Numbered from the stretch's first letter, positions 1 to 9,759 are shown. The stretch is 21,624 bases of DNA from Tubiluchus corallicola (GCA_030141605.1 JAQGDQ010002478.1:1-21624), one strand, 5' to 3'. Notes: generated by a model not told the origin, from the letters alone. Program-made: numbers and translations.

Positions 1-744
1 TGTTTTCGATTCAGGGAAAACAGTTCGGATAGTATCTGTAAAACCATTCAAGTTATCTGTTGCCGTAATCAGGATATCGTTAACTCCACGAGCTTTCATA
101 TCGGTAAGTACGTTCATCCAAAAGGCAGCGGACTCACTCTTGCCCAACCATAAGCCAAGAACCTCTTTTTTCCCATCTCTGCGAAGTCCTACGGCAATGT
201 AAACGGTTTTGTTGACGACCTTAGAGTTCTCCCGCACTTTAAATACAATGCCATCCATCCAAACAATTAGGTATACAATTTCCAGAGGTCGGTTCTGCCA
301 CGCTACAATGTCGTTGGTGACTGAATCGGTAATCCTTGATATGGTGGATGTAGAAACTTCAAAACCGTATAGCTCCCGAATTTGCTCTTCAATATCGCTA
401 TTACTCATTCCTTTAGCATAAAACGAAACAATGATATTCTCTAAGCCATCGACCATGTTCCCTCCTTTGGGTACAATCATCGGATTAAACGAAGCATCAC
501 GGTCTCGGGGAACCTGAATGTTGGATTCTCCCAGAGTGGTTCGGACTCTCTTCTCTGAATAGCCATTGCGGGCATTCTGATTATCCGATTTTTGATTCTT
601 ATCATAGCCTAAATGACCATCGAGTTCTCCTTCAAGCATCTTTTCAATGCCTCGTTTTTGGAGCTCTTGTAAAAAACCATTGAGCTCTTCCCCTGAATTA
701 AACTGTTCAAGGAAATCATCATTTAATAAATCTTCTTTTTTCAT
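1..744 (-). CDS. IS256-family (Mutator-like DDE) transposase, N-terminal part, runs off the window edge
   Basis: Start codon at 742-744 (CAT on +) corresponds to 7467-7469; same frame as the complete copy (MKKEDLLND...); no frameshift seen. Confidence 0.92.
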   Translation of the reverse strand, partial: MKKEDLLNDDFLEQFNSGEELNGFLQELQKRGIEKMLEGELDGHLGYDKNQKSDNQNARNGYSEKRVRTTLGESNIQVPRDRDASFNPMIVPKGGNMVDGLENIIVSFYAKGMSNSDIEEQIRELYGFEVSTSTISRITDSVTNDIVAWQNRPLEIVYLIVWMDGIVFKVRENSKVVNKTVYIAVGLRRDGKKEVLGLWLGKSESAAFWMNVLTDMKARGVNDILITATDNLNGFTDTIRTVFPESKT

Positions 745-773
745 TACTGTCTAAAGTTTTAAAATTAAACAAA

Positions 774-805
774 AAAATGCCGAGGGTTGCAACCCTCGGC
801 ATTTT
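774..805 (-). terminator. 32-bp perfect palindrome / intrinsic terminator-like hairpin inside the IS, upstream of the transposase
   Basis: AAAATGCCGAGGGTTG|CAACCCTCGGCATTTT; on the minus strand the GC-rich stem is followed by a T7 run. Confidence 0.6.
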
Positions 806-854
806 CTATTTACACAGTTTATGAGATAGTGCTATTTTTCTCAGTCTAATACTC

Positions 855-881
855 CTCTCCAACTTCTCCAACCTCTCCAAA
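855..881. repeat. Three tandem 9-bp repeats
   Basis: CTCTCCAAC-TTCTCCAAC-CTCTCCAAA. Confidence 0.7.
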
Positions 882-1370
882 ATGTTTTATCTTTTTTTGC
901 CCAATACTTGTGTCTTATGCTGTATAATCAGCTGGTAACAATACTGATGGGTCATTATTTTCAGAAAGATTAAAAGGCTTTAAGCTTATCTCAGTATCAA
1001 AGCTGCGACCCCAACAGGTGTCTAGCCCTCCATATCGTTAGTGGCGCGAGAGTTGTTGTGGTCTACAGTGGTTGCAACGTTCAGTGTCTGTATAGTCTTT
1101 TTTGTCAATGCTTCTGTGCAGGCTTTGAAGAGTGCTCCTACTATAACAATATACGCCGGGACATCTATAAATCATTCGCAGTGATATACGTTTTTTAGCC
1201 GATTCAGTATCTTGCTGTCAGTAAGTATAATAAAGGGCACCGAGGCACCTAGTTTAAGCTGATGGCGCGATCTTTTCAACTTTTAAAGCCTGCTCCAACT
1301 TCTCTTTTTCAATCTACTTGTTAAAGTATTTGCGGTTAGAGTAGCGCTTTTTTTGCAAGTTTCAGAAAGC

Positions 1371-2315
1371 TCATTTTTTAAGGAATGTTGTTACGTTTTC
1401 AAATATTCGTTGTTCAATATTGTTAATGTCAGCTTTATGAAACCCATCTCCGGTTATGTTTTCGTAAAGTTCTATATACCTGTTAGAGATACTATTAATG
1501 ATAGTTTCATCCATATGGGGCACTTTTTGTCCCTCTTTACCCTGAAATCCTTTTTCAATAAGCCATTGGCGAACAAACTCCTTTGAGAGTTGTTTCTGGC
1601 TTTCTCCAGCGGCCTGTTTAGTCTCATAGCCATCTGCATAAAAGTATCTTGAAGAGTCTGGCGTGTGAATTTCGTCTATCAGGTATATTTCCCCATCTTT
1701 TTTTCCAAATTCATATTTGGTATCAACCAGTATCAACCCTTTTTCCGATGCCATTTCTGTTCCCCTCTCAAACAGTTTTATGGTATATTTTTCCAGCATT
1801 TCATACTCTTTTTTGCTCACAATTCCCTGGTCAATAATTTCTTCTCTTGATATGTCTTCATCGTGTCCCTGGTCTGCCTTCGTTGTAGGTGTAATCAACG
1901 GCCTGGGAAATTTCTCATTTTCGACCATTCCTTCCGGCATGGATACCCCGCAAAGCTCTCTTTTCCCAGCTTTATATTCACGCCATGCATGGCCGGTCAG
2001 ATATCCTCTGATAACCATCTCAACTTTAAATGGTTCACACATATGGCCAATAGTTACCATAGGGTCGGGAGTGGCAACTTTCCAGTTGGGTACAATGTCA
2101 CTTGTTGCATCTAGAAATTTAGATGCAATCTGATTAAGCACTTGCCCTTTAAATGGTATTCCGTTGGGAAGTACTACATCAAATGCAGAGATACGGTCGG
2201 ATACAACCATAACCAAGTAGTCATCATTTATATTATAAACATCCCTAACTTTACCTATATAAAGGTCTTTTTGCCCTGGGAAGTCAAATTTTGTGCGAAC
2301 GATTGATTTGATCAT
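1371..2315 (-). CDS. purC: Phosphoribosylaminoimidazole-succinocarboxamide (SAICAR) synthase
   Basis: Motifs [66 protein letters not shown]; 314 aa. Confidence 0.97.
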   Translation of the reverse strand: MIKSIVRTKFDFPGQKDLYIGKVRDVYNINDDYLVMVVSDRISAFDVVLPNGIPFKGQVLNQIASKFLDATSDIVPNWKVATPDPMVTIGHMCEPFKVEMVIRGYLTGHAWREYKAGKRELCGVSMPEGMVENEKFPRPLITPTTKADQGHDEDISREEIIDQGIVSKKEYEMLEKYTIKLFERGTEMASEKGLILVDTKYEFGKKDGEIYLIDEIHTPDSSRYFYADGYETKQAAGESQKQLSKEFVRQWLIEKGFQGKEGQKVPHMDETIINSISNRYIELYENITGDGFHKADINNIEQRIFENVTTFLKK

Positions 2316-2377
2316 TTTTTGTGAGTTTTTTATTTATTATACCTGTTTATTCGTTTGTGGTTTTTATAGTGTGTAGT

Positions 2378-3337
2378 TCAATTTTTATTTCTGTCATTAT
2401 AGTTGTCATATGCTTTAACAATGTCTTTTACCAGCTGATGTCTGACAATATCGTTTTTATCAAATTCTATGACTGATATCCCATCTATTTCAGAGAGTAT
2501 TTTTATTGCAAGTGGTAGTCCTGAGTTCCTTTTTTTAGGAAGGTCTATTTGTGTTATATCGCCGGTTATAATATATTTTGTATTCATTCCCATACGGGTG
2601 AGAAACATTTTTAGTTGAAGAATCGTGGCGTTTTGTGCTTCGTCAAGTATTACATATGCATCACTCAGCGTTCTGCCACGCATAAAGGCAAGAGGGGCTA
2701 TCTGTATAGTTCCGTCTTTTAAAAATTCAGTAAGTTTTTTGTGAGGTATCATATCAGAAAGAGCATCATAAAGAGGCTGGAAATATGGGTCAAATTTTTC
2801 TTTTAAGTCTCCGGGTAAAAAGCCAAGGTTCTCCCCGGCTTCTACTGCCGGGCGGCTAAGTATTATTTTTTTTGCGCTCTTGTTTTTTAAGGCTTTTACT
2901 GCCAGGGCAATAGCTGTGTATGTTTTTCCTGAGCCGGCAGGCCCTATAGCGAAAAGCATCTCTTTTTTTTGTGTAAGCTCAGCCAGCTTTTTTTGATTCT
3001 TTGTTTTTGCTCTGATTGGTTTTCCCGAATTGCCAAATAGCAATATATCTTTTTTGTGTTCAGAAGCAGTATCAAGAGCATCCATCTCTCCAGATAGTAT
3101 AAGTGAGATAGATTTACTGTCAATGGTGTTAAAGTAGTTATAATGCCCGGATAGAAGCTGAAATGCATTTGTAAAATTGAGAACTTGCTCTTTCTTACCT
3201 TTTACCTTTAACATATCGTCTCGTGCTACAATTATCAGTTCGGGGAAATATGATTTAATCAACTCCAGATTTGAGTTCTTAGCTCCAAAAAAGATAACTG
3301 GGTCAATATTTTCTAGGGGAATACTTTGTTCGATCAT
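2378..3337 (-). CDS. phoH: PhoH-family ATPase
   Basis: Walker A GPAGSGKT, LSRPAVEAGENLGFLPGDL, PLAFMRGRTL, ILDEAQN, GDITQIDLP, DIVRH. Confidence 0.95.
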   Translation of the reverse strand: MIEQSIPLENIDPVIFFGAKNSNLELIKSYFPELIIVARDDMLKVKGKKEQVLNFTNAFQLLSGHYNYFNTIDSKSISLILSGEMDALDTASEHKKDILLFGNSGKPIRAKTKNQKKLAELTQKKEMLFAIGPAGSGKTYTAIALAVKALKNKSAKKIILSRPAVEAGENLGFLPGDLKEKFDPYFQPLYDALSDMIPHKKLTEFLKDGTIQIAPLAFMRGRTLSDAYVILDEAQNATILQLKMFLTRMGMNTKYIITGDITQIDLPKKRNSGLPLAIKILSEIDGISVIEFDKNDIVRHQLVKDIVKAYDNYNDRNKN

Positions 3338-3578
3338 TTATGTAGTTTGCGATTCGAATAAATTTGTATGTTGAGATTTTTGCAAAACACGTCTTTTTGT
3401 TAATAATTTTCGTCAAAACCCTCATTTGTTATCGATAAGGAGTGGTCTGTCCTCGAGCTTTTTTTCTATCTGAACAAGAGCCATTCGCCTTGGAAAGGTT
3501 TCGTGCTGCAAAATAAATACTTTTTCCGGCTTGTCGTAAATAAATAGTGTGATAAAAAGCAGTTGATGCTTTATTTTT

Positions 3579-3586
3579 TAATTTTG
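3579..3586 (+). promoter_or_regulatory. Bacteroidota sigma70 -7 element for mazG
   Basis: TAATTTTG matches TAnnTTTG, 53 nt upstream of the mazG ATG. Confidence 0.5.
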
Positions 3587-3639
3587 CCGCTGTGTTTTTC
3601 TGATAAAGTATTTATTCATAGGTTAAATTAAATGGCAAT

Positions 3640-4428
3640 ATGGCAAATAGAGAGTATTTAGAGGCGTTTGGAAAGCTGCTTGATGTGATGGATGAGTTGA
3701 GGGAAAAGTGTCCATGGGACAGGGAACAGACCTATGAGTCGTTAAGAAAGCTTACAATAGAGGAGACGTTTGAGCTGGGCGATGCAATTTTAAGAAACGA
3801 TATTCCTGAGATCAAAAAGGAGCTGGGTGATATGTTATTGCACGTTATTTTTTATGCTAAAATTGCGTCAGAGGAGAAAAGTTTCAATATTGGTGATGTT
3901 ATTGCCAGCCTGGTTGATAAGTTGATTTATCGCCACCCACATGTTTTTGGTGATAATGAAGTTCAGAGCTCTACAGAGGTTGAGAGCAACTGGGAAGTTC
4001 TAAAGCAGAGTGAGAAGGAAAGTGGCAGACGTGTTTTAGAGGGTGTTCCAGTCTCTATGCCTGCTTTGGTTAAGGCAAACCGCATTCAGGAGAAGACGGC
4101 GGCAGTAGGTTTTGAGTGGAAGCATAAGGAGCAGGTGTGGGATAAGGTAAAAGAGGAGGTGTCTGAGCTGGAGCATGAGGTGAGACATGGTGATCTAGAG
4201 AAAAGAGAGCAAGAGTTTGGTGATCTTTTTTTCTCTCTGGTAAATGCATCAAGGTTGTATGGTATTGATCCTGAGAGCGCGCTTGAGCGAACAAATCAGA
4301 AGTTTGTAAAAAGATTTAATTATCTTGAAAGTCATATATTGAAGGAAGGCAAGTCTTTGCATGATATGAGCCTTGAGGAGATGGATGTATACTGGGAAGA
4401 GGCAAAGAAGCTGGAGCAAAAGGGGTAG
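3640..4428 (+). CDS. mazG: Nucleoside triphosphate pyrophosphohydrolase MazG (two-domain)
   Basis: LREKCPWDREQT, EETFEL, KELGD, KLIYRHPHVFG, EEVSEL...EFGDLFF, KFVKRF. Confidence 0.96.
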   Translation: MANREYLEAFGKLLDVMDELREKCPWDREQTYESLRKLTIEETFELGDAILRNDIPEIKKELGDMLLHVIFYAKIASEEKSFNIGDVIASLVDKLIYRHPHVFGDNEVQSSTEVESNWEVLKQSEKESGRRVLEGVPVSMPALVKANRIQEKTAAVGFEWKHKEQVWDKVKEEVSELEHEVRHGDLEKREQEFGDLFFSLVNASRLYGIDPESALERTNQKFVKRFNYLESHILKEGKSLHDMSLEEMDVYWEEAKKLEQKG

Positions 4429-4782
4429 GGGGAAGTGTAAAATAAATTCTGTTTGAAGTTTTTCTTTTTGATGCAAAAGTATGCTAAGAGGTTTAGAGGT
4501 ATCACTGGAATCACAAGTGAGTTTATAGAGCATGTAAGCAAATGGGACTAAGTGTGAAAAGGAAGTGCAAGTGTAGGCTTCATGTACGTGTAAAATCCTC
4601 TATTGACTTTGCCTATTGAAAAGAGTATCGTTTGGAACATGGGTTTTTTTAATGCATGACAGTTTAATCTAAAGGGGAAAGCTTTAGTTATACTTACTCT
4701 TTACTCTTCAAGTTATAAAAAGGTAGCTACACATATTCACCTTCCTTACAAATCTATTTCACTGAAAGGCCTAATTAGTAGT

Positions 4783-4801
4783 GTTGTAAAGTCTTTACAA
4801 C
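4783..4801. promoter_or_regulatory. Perfect 9-1-9 dyad, candidate operator
   Basis: GTTGTAAAG-T-CTTTACAAC, upstream of the 4946 CDS. Confidence 0.45.
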
Positions 4802-4855
4802 CGGCGCTTTTTTAATCTACCTGTGTTTATGTCTTTAAAGTTATAGTTATTTTTC

Positions 4856-4863
4856 TACTTTTG
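4856..4863 (+). promoter_or_regulatory. Bacteroidota -7 promoter element
   Basis: TACTTTTG, 82 nt upstream of ATG 4946. Confidence 0.4.
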
Positions 4864-4945
4864 TTTGTAGTAAGCCAAACTTTAGGGGCATTTACAGCAG
4901 GTTAAATATAACAGGCTTAGCACAGACTAAAAAAACAGGTATGAA

Positions 4946-5902
4946 ATGAAAAAGCTATACATTTTGATATTGTTGTCAGCTACTACCCTTGTTGCTTTAT
5001 GTGAGAGTCGAAAAAGAGAGCTGGTCTTAAAGCTCGAAGAGGGTGAAGAGTATAGGCATATTATAAGTTTAGATATTTCTGTGACTCAGAATGTTGATGG
5101 GCAGAAAATAAATATCCCTATGACAATAAGCATGAATGTGTTGTATTTTGTAAAATCTGCTGATGATGATGGTTATGAGATGGAGGTTAAATACGAAAGC
5201 CTGGGTATGTCGATGCAAGTGGCGCGACGGGTAATAGAGTTTAGTTCTGAGAAAAATGATGAACATGACTTTTTTTCAGTAGCTATGGCAGCAATAAAAA
5301 ATAGGCCATTTACAGTAAAAATGTCCACAAGAGGAGAGGTTATAGATATTGAAAGTATTGAGTCAATTTTTAATTCAGTAGTCAATTTTTCAAAAATACC
5401 TGAAGTAAAGTTTGCGGAGATAGAGGCGCAGTTGAGTGAGGCTTATGGGACAGAGTCGCTTAAGGGGAGCATAGAGATGCTAACAGCCATTTTACCGGAT
5501 AAGCCTGTTTCTATAGGTGAGAAATGGACAGTTGCTACAATATTTAAAGGGATAGGTGTGCCATTGTTAAATGTGGCTACGACCTACGGTCTTGTTCAGG
5601 AAAGTGAAGATTATGTTTTATTAAATGGAGAGTCTAAAGTAGAAACTGAGGAAGAAGGGGGAGAAGATATCGAGCTAAATGGAGTAAAAGTAAAGTATAG
5701 TGAGTTGGTTGGTGTGACAAAATCAGAAATTAAACTTAACAAAAATACCGGCTGGATAATTGAGGCTAAAATTAACCAGAAGATAGCCAGTAGTATTCAT
5801 ATAGCAGGAAATTCACAAATGCCGGATGGCATGAGAGTACCAATGGTGCTAATAAATAAAATGACGATTACAGATGGTTATAATTCTCCGTGGGGAGACT
5901 AA
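4946..5902 (+). CDS. Exported protein, possibly a lipoprotein; resembles the DUF6263 family
   Basis: N-terminal MKK + hydrophobic stretch ending ...LVALC; beta-rich body with LxLxLExGxxY, LPDKPVSIGEKW and TGWI segments. Family assignment is by recall only. Confidence 0.65.
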   Translation: MKKLYILILLSATTLVALCESRKRELVLKLEEGEEYRHIISLDISVTQNVDGQKINIPMTISMNVLYFVKSADDDGYEMEVKYESLGMSMQVARRVIEFSSEKNDEHDFFSVAMAAIKNRPFTVKMSTRGEVIDIESIESIFNSVVNFSKIPEVKFAEIEAQLSEAYGTESLKGSIEMLTAILPDKPVSIGEKWTVATIFKGIGVPLLNVATTYGLVQESEDYVLLNGESKVETEEEGGEDIELNGVKVKYSELVGVTKSEIKLNKNTGWIIEAKINQKIASSIHIAGNSQMPDGMRVPMVLINKMTITDGYNSPWGD

Positions 5903-6007
5903 ACTTGAGAGAAAAACCACATCTCTTTAGAAGTGCAGTTAACGGGGGTATTCACTTGGTTTGTAGTTGTATAGTGATTAAGAGATTGATATTCCATATT
6001 ATATTTT

Positions 6008-6030
6008 CTTATCCATATCTTATCCATATC
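6008..6030. repeat. 11-bp tandem repeat (2 copies plus degenerate neighbours)
   Basis: CTTATCCATAT-CTTATCCATAT-C, followed by a degenerate GTATTCATGC. Confidence 0.6.
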
Positions 6031-6272
6031 GTATTCATGCTGTATCTTTATATTCACTCTTTTTAGAGAGATAAAAGAGCCAAGGCAAGATGTTTTTGTT
6101 TAGGTTAATGAAGGGTTAGGTGAAAACCCACAATTCAATAGAGTAGGTTAGGATTCTGAAGAAGATACTAGTGAAAAGAAGGGTCTTTAAGGCTTTGAAT
6201 AGTATTAGTTTTTTGCTTTGGACACTGTTTCACAAAGTGTGTAAACTAAAAAAATACCGAGGGTTTGGCTAT

Positions 6273-7469
6273 TTATAGCTGGACCCTTTTTTCAAATATA
6301 ACTAAGAACTGATTCAAGACAATGCCCCAGTTTCTGATTGGCATTGACCATTTTTTAGTTGCTTCTCTGGTTGCCAAAAATACAGATTTCATTACAGCCT
6401 GGTCTGACGGGAATGAAAGTTTGTTTTTTGTGTATTTTCTGATTTTTCCGTTGAGATTCTCAATCAGGTTGGTTGTATAAATTATCTTTCTGATTTCCAG
6501 CGGAAACTCAAAGAATACTGTTAGGTCTTCCCAGTTGTCTCGCCAGCTTTTAATTGCGTAAGAGTATTTATCCTCCCAAGCTGATGCAAAATCTTCTAAA
6601 GCTGCTTTTGCAGCCTCTTTTGTAGGGGCATTATAGATTTGCTTCATATCTTTTGTAAATGCCTTTTTATCTTTCCAAACCACGTATCTGCTTGCGTTAC
6701 GGATTTGATGAACAACACATATTTGTGTTTTAGATTCAGGGAAAACAGTTCGGATAGTATCTGTAAAACCATTCAAGTTATCTGTTGCCGTAATCAGAAT
6801 ATCGTTAACTCCACGGGCTTTCATATCGGTAAGTACGTTCATCCAAAAGGCAGCGGACTCACTCTTGCCCAACCATAAGCCAAGAACCTCTTTTTTCCCA
6901 TCTCTGCGAAGTCCTACGGCAATGTAAACGGTTTTGTTGACGACCTTAGAGTTCTCCCGCACTTTAAATACAATGCCATCCATCCAAACAATTAGGTATA
7001 CAATTTCCAGAGGTCGGTTCTGCCACGCTACAATGTCGTTGGTGACTGAATCGGTAATCCTTGATATGGTGGATGTGGAAACTTCAAAACCGTATAGCTC
7101 CCGAATTTGCTCTTCAATATCGCTATTACTCATTCCTTTAGCATAAAACGAAACAATGATATTCTCTAAGCCATCGACCATGTTCCCTCCTTTGGGTACA
7201 ATCATCGGATTAAACGAAGAATCACGGTCTCGGGGAACCTGAATGTTGGATTCGCCCAGAGTGGTTCGGACTCTCTTCTCTGAATAGCCATTGCGGGCAT
7301 TCTGATTATCCGATTTTTGATTCTTATCATAGCCTAAATGACCATCGAGTTCTCCTTCAAGCATCTTTTCAATGCCTCGTTTTTGGAGCTCTTGTAAAAA
7401 ACCATTGAGCTCTTCCCCTGAATTAAACTGTTCAAGGAAATCATCATTTAATAAATCTTCTTTTTTCAT
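6273..7469 (-). CDS. IS256-family transposase
   Basis: 398 aa; [53 protein letters not shown]. Confidence 0.97.
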   Translation of the reverse strand: MKKEDLLNDDFLEQFNSGEELNGFLQELQKRGIEKMLEGELDGHLGYDKNQKSDNQNARNGYSEKRVRTTLGESNIQVPRDRDSSFNPMIVPKGGNMVDGLENIIVSFYAKGMSNSDIEEQIRELYGFEVSTSTISRITDSVTNDIVAWQNRPLEIVYLIVWMDGIVFKVRENSKVVNKTVYIAVGLRRDGKKEVLGLWLGKSESAAFWMNVLTDMKARGVNDILITATDNLNGFTDTIRTVFPESKTQICVVHQIRNASRYVVWKDKKAFTKDMKQIYNAPTKEAAKAALEDFASAWEDKYSYAIKSWRDNWEDLTVFFEFPLEIRKIIYTTNLIENLNGKIRKYTKNKLSFPSDQAVMKSVFLATREATKKWSMPIRNWGIVLNQFLVIFEKRVQL

Positions 7470-7498
7470 TACTGTCTAAAGTTTTAAAATTAAACAAA

Positions 7499-7530
7499 AA
7501 AATGCCGAGGGTTGCAACCCTCGGCATTTT
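7499..7530 (-). terminator. 32-bp perfect palindrome in IS copy 2 (identical to 774-805)
   Basis: AAAATGCCGAGGGTTGCAACCCTCGGCATTTT. Confidence 0.6.
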
Positions 7531-7583
7531 CTATTTACACAGTTTATGAGATAGTGCTTTGCTTTGCTTTCAGCTATAAGGAG

Positions 7584-7627
7584 AGCCCTCTAGCCTGCAT
7601 TTATTATTCAGGCTAGAAGGGCTTTTT
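7584..7627. terminator. Intrinsic terminator hairpin downstream of the TonB receptor gene, possibly bidirectional
   Basis: AGCCCT-CTAGCCTG...CAGGCTAG-A-AGGGCT with a T run on the + strand; lies about 20 nt past the receptor stop. Confidence 0.7.
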
Positions 7628-7644
7628 ATTACTGTATATAGCTT

Positions 7645-9759
7645 CTAAAATTTCACAAGCAAGTTTGCTCCAAATGTCAAAGGCCTTCCATCTTGTATAT
7701 ACGATACATCTTCAATCTCGAACCAGTATGAATTATAGTCTGCGTTTGATAGGTTCTTTCCCCATATATCCAGTTGAAGTCTATTTTTTATAAAGGATAG
7801 CTTTGCGTCAAGCAATCCATAATACCCCTGAGAGGCTGTATTTTCAACATTCCAGAAGAACTTCCCTGCTCCACGGTAATTGATATTGGCAATCAGCTTG
7901 TCCAGCACGCTTCCGTTATTGAATACAAATACTTTACTGAGGCTGCCATTTACAACATAACGTGGAACGTAAGGGATAAAGTTGTCATTGTAATTTAAAT
8001 TTTCACCTGCAATGTACTCTACAAATTTTGCATGAGTATAGCCATAGCTTATGGTTGCTATCCAGTTTGTAGCGGGTAGTGCTCTTACAAATAACTCACC
8101 ACCTTTGGATATAGATTTACCGGCGTTGGTTTTCATCATACCCTGCCCAAGAGATGCAGGCACATCTATTTGTTGTTTTGTCCAGTCGATATAGAATAGA
8201 GCAGCGTCAATATGCAATCTGTTACCGGCCAACGACACCTTAGCACCCAGCTCATAGTTCCAACTATTTTCAGGGCCGTAGTAGATATTGTCTTTATCAA
8301 TTTCTGTAACATTGGTATTATATCCCCCAGCTTTATATCCCTTTGTTGCAGTAGCGTAAATATTTGAGTGTTGTCCTACTTTATACTTTAGTGCCACTTT
8401 GGGTAGAATTTCCATAAATCCTTCCTGGAAAGTGGTGTCTATTCCCGGCATAGGGATATCATTGACAGTAAGGTCAAGTGTATGATCTAAGGCGTCATTT
8501 TCAATATCAAGCCTGATGCCTGCATCCAAGGAAAGATTTTTTATAAGGATATCGTTTAATGTGGACTGATGAAAAAGGGCAAAACCAAAGCTTTCAAAGT
8601 TGTTGAAAACATCCTGCATAATAGCCGGAACAAAAGGAGGAGCACCATATAAGTTTACAATGGTAGGCTGTTTTGATGACTGGTAGAACCCATACGCTCC
8701 CAAGAGCCAATTATACCTGGAGTGTGTTGTGGACTTTAGCATTACCTCCTGAGACATCATATTACGCTTATCAGCAGTAACAAGGAAGAGGATTGAGTCA
8801 GAAGTAAAATCCTGGTCAACTGCCATTTCCCCATCATTGAACTGGTAACTGGTTGTGGAGATAAGGTCAAATACATCGTGCCTGTATTTTAAAGATAGTC
8901 CACCCGACAGCACATCCTGCTCATAATGGCTATCCTGGTTATAGTTTATCTCCTCTGTTTGCCCGGATTCATCATTGTGGACTGCATATGGAAATCCATA
9001 CTGCTTGCTAAGCTCAAAGGAGGCGATAAATTCCATTGAAAGACGATCAGACATATCCCATACTAATCTGCCCCTACCACTACCTGATTTTATATTATCT
9101 ACAGGCTCGTCATTGTACGCATTTACAAAGTATCCATCGCGCATAAGAAAGTTTCCTCCTAGTGAGAAGCTGATCTTATCATTTATTTTATTATAGTGGT
9201 TTATGTTTGCGCGTAGATAGTTGTAATTACCCCCAGTTACAGATATCTTGGTGCCATCATAGTGAGAGGGTGACTTGGTGTAAATGTTAATGATTCCCCC
9301 CATCGTGTTTCGTCCATACAGTGTTCCCTGAGGTCCTCTTAAAACCTCGATTCGGTCTATATCAAAAAAATCGAACCCAAAAGTGCTTTTCTCATAGTAA
9401 GGAATGTTATCGACATACAGTCCCACAGATGGAGAGCCAAGTTTTGAGCCAATGCCACGGATAAATACAGGTGATTGTAGTTTTGAGCCGTAGTCAAGTA
9501 CAAAAAGGTTTGGTGCCATGGATGAAATATCCGACAAGCTTTGAACCTCGTTATATTCTATCTTCTGTGATGAGATGATCGATATAGAGGCAGGTACCTC
9601 TTTTTTATTAGAGTACTCTTTAGGCGATTTCACTGTTATCTCATCCAATTCAATTTTGGAGGTGTCTATCGTATCTGTAAGTATTCTGATTTCCTGTGCC
9701 ATAACGGACCCGATGGATAGCAAAAGAGCTATAGGAAGTATTATGTATTTTATTTTCAT
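7645..9759 (-). CDS. TonB-dependent outer-membrane receptor (not SusC-type; substrate unknown)
   Basis: Signal peptide (..SVMA|QE), LDEITV TonB-box-like segment, plug motif IDRIEVLRGPQGTLYGRNTMGGIINI, KGYKAGG, C-terminal ...LLVKF. Confidence 0.95.
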   Translation of the reverse strand: MKIKYIILPIALLLSIGSVMAQEIRILTDTIDTSKIELDEITVKSPKEYSNKKEVPASISIISSQKIEYNEVQSLSDISSMAPNLFVLDYGSKLQSPVFIRGIGSKLGSPSVGLYVDNIPYYEKSTFGFDFFDIDRIEVLRGPQGTLYGRNTMGGIINIYTKSPSHYDGTKISVTGGNYNYLRANINHYNKINDKISFSLGGNFLMRDGYFVNAYNDEPVDNIKSGSGRGRLVWDMSDRLSMEFIASFELSKQYGFPYAVHNDESGQTEEINYNQDSHYEQDVLSGGLSLKYRHDVFDLISTTSYQFNDGEMAVDQDFTSDSILFLVTADKRNMMSQEVMLKSTTHSRYNWLLGAYGFYQSSKQPTIVNLYGAPPFVPAIMQDVFNNFESFGFALFHQSTLNDILIKNLSLDAGIRLDIENDALDHTLDLTVNDIPMPGIDTTFQEGFMEILPKVALKYKVGQHSNIYATATKGYKAGGYNTNVTEIDKDNIYYGPENSWNYELGAKVSLAGNRLHIDAALFYIDWTKQQIDVPASLGQGMMKTNAGKSISKGGELFVRALPATNWIATISYGYTHAKFVEYIAGENLNYNDNFIPYVPRYVVNGSLSKVFVFNNGSVLDKLIANINYRGAGKFFWNVENTASQGYYGLLDAKLSFIKNRLQLDIWGKNLSNADYNSYWFEIEDVSYIQDGRPLTFGANLLVKF

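Larger units (their letters stand above)
1..833 (-). mobile_element. IS256-family insertion sequence, copy 1 (truncated by window start)
   Basis: Matches 6726-7558 at offset 6725 with about 6 substitutions seen by eye; identity ends at ...GAGATAGTGCT (833), after which the flanks diverge. Confidence 0.93.
6221..7558 (-). mobile_element. Complete IS256-family element, copy 2 (~1338 bp), with imperfect terminal IRs and TSD
   Basis: Left end GACACTGTTTCACAAAGTGTGTAAA versus reverse complement of right end AGCACTATCTCATAAACTGTGTAAA; flanking direct repeat TTGCTTTG at 6213-6220 and 7559-7566 (9 bp TTTGCTTTG if the element ends at 7557). Confidence 0.95.

Noticed and set aside
855-881. CRISPR-like or iteron array
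   Set aside because: Units are only 9 bp, contiguous, with no spacers and no cas or rep gene nearby.
1353-2133. Several + strand ORFs of 60-138 aa overlapping purC, and similar short ORFs within other genes and the IS
   Set aside because: Antisense or alternative-frame shadows of well-supported genes, without recognisable motifs.
3338-3639. Purine-related riboswitch in the phoH-purC leader (small hairpins, TTATCGATAA palindrome)
   Set aside because: I could not recognise the consensus of purine, ZTP or PRPP riboswitches; the stems are short.
3640-4428. MazG as an anti-phage or toxin-antitoxin component
   Set aside because: Ordinary two-domain housekeeping MazG with no adjacent mazEF or defence genes.
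4422-4432. G-runs after mazG (also 11362-11378) as G-quadruplex or phase-variation tracts
   Set aside because: Too few and too short, and not located in promoter spacers or frame-sensitive positions.
1-7558. Composite transposon carrying purC-phoH-mazG
   Set aside because: Copy 2 has its own flanking TSD and the cargo is housekeeping genes; independent insertions are the simpler explanation.
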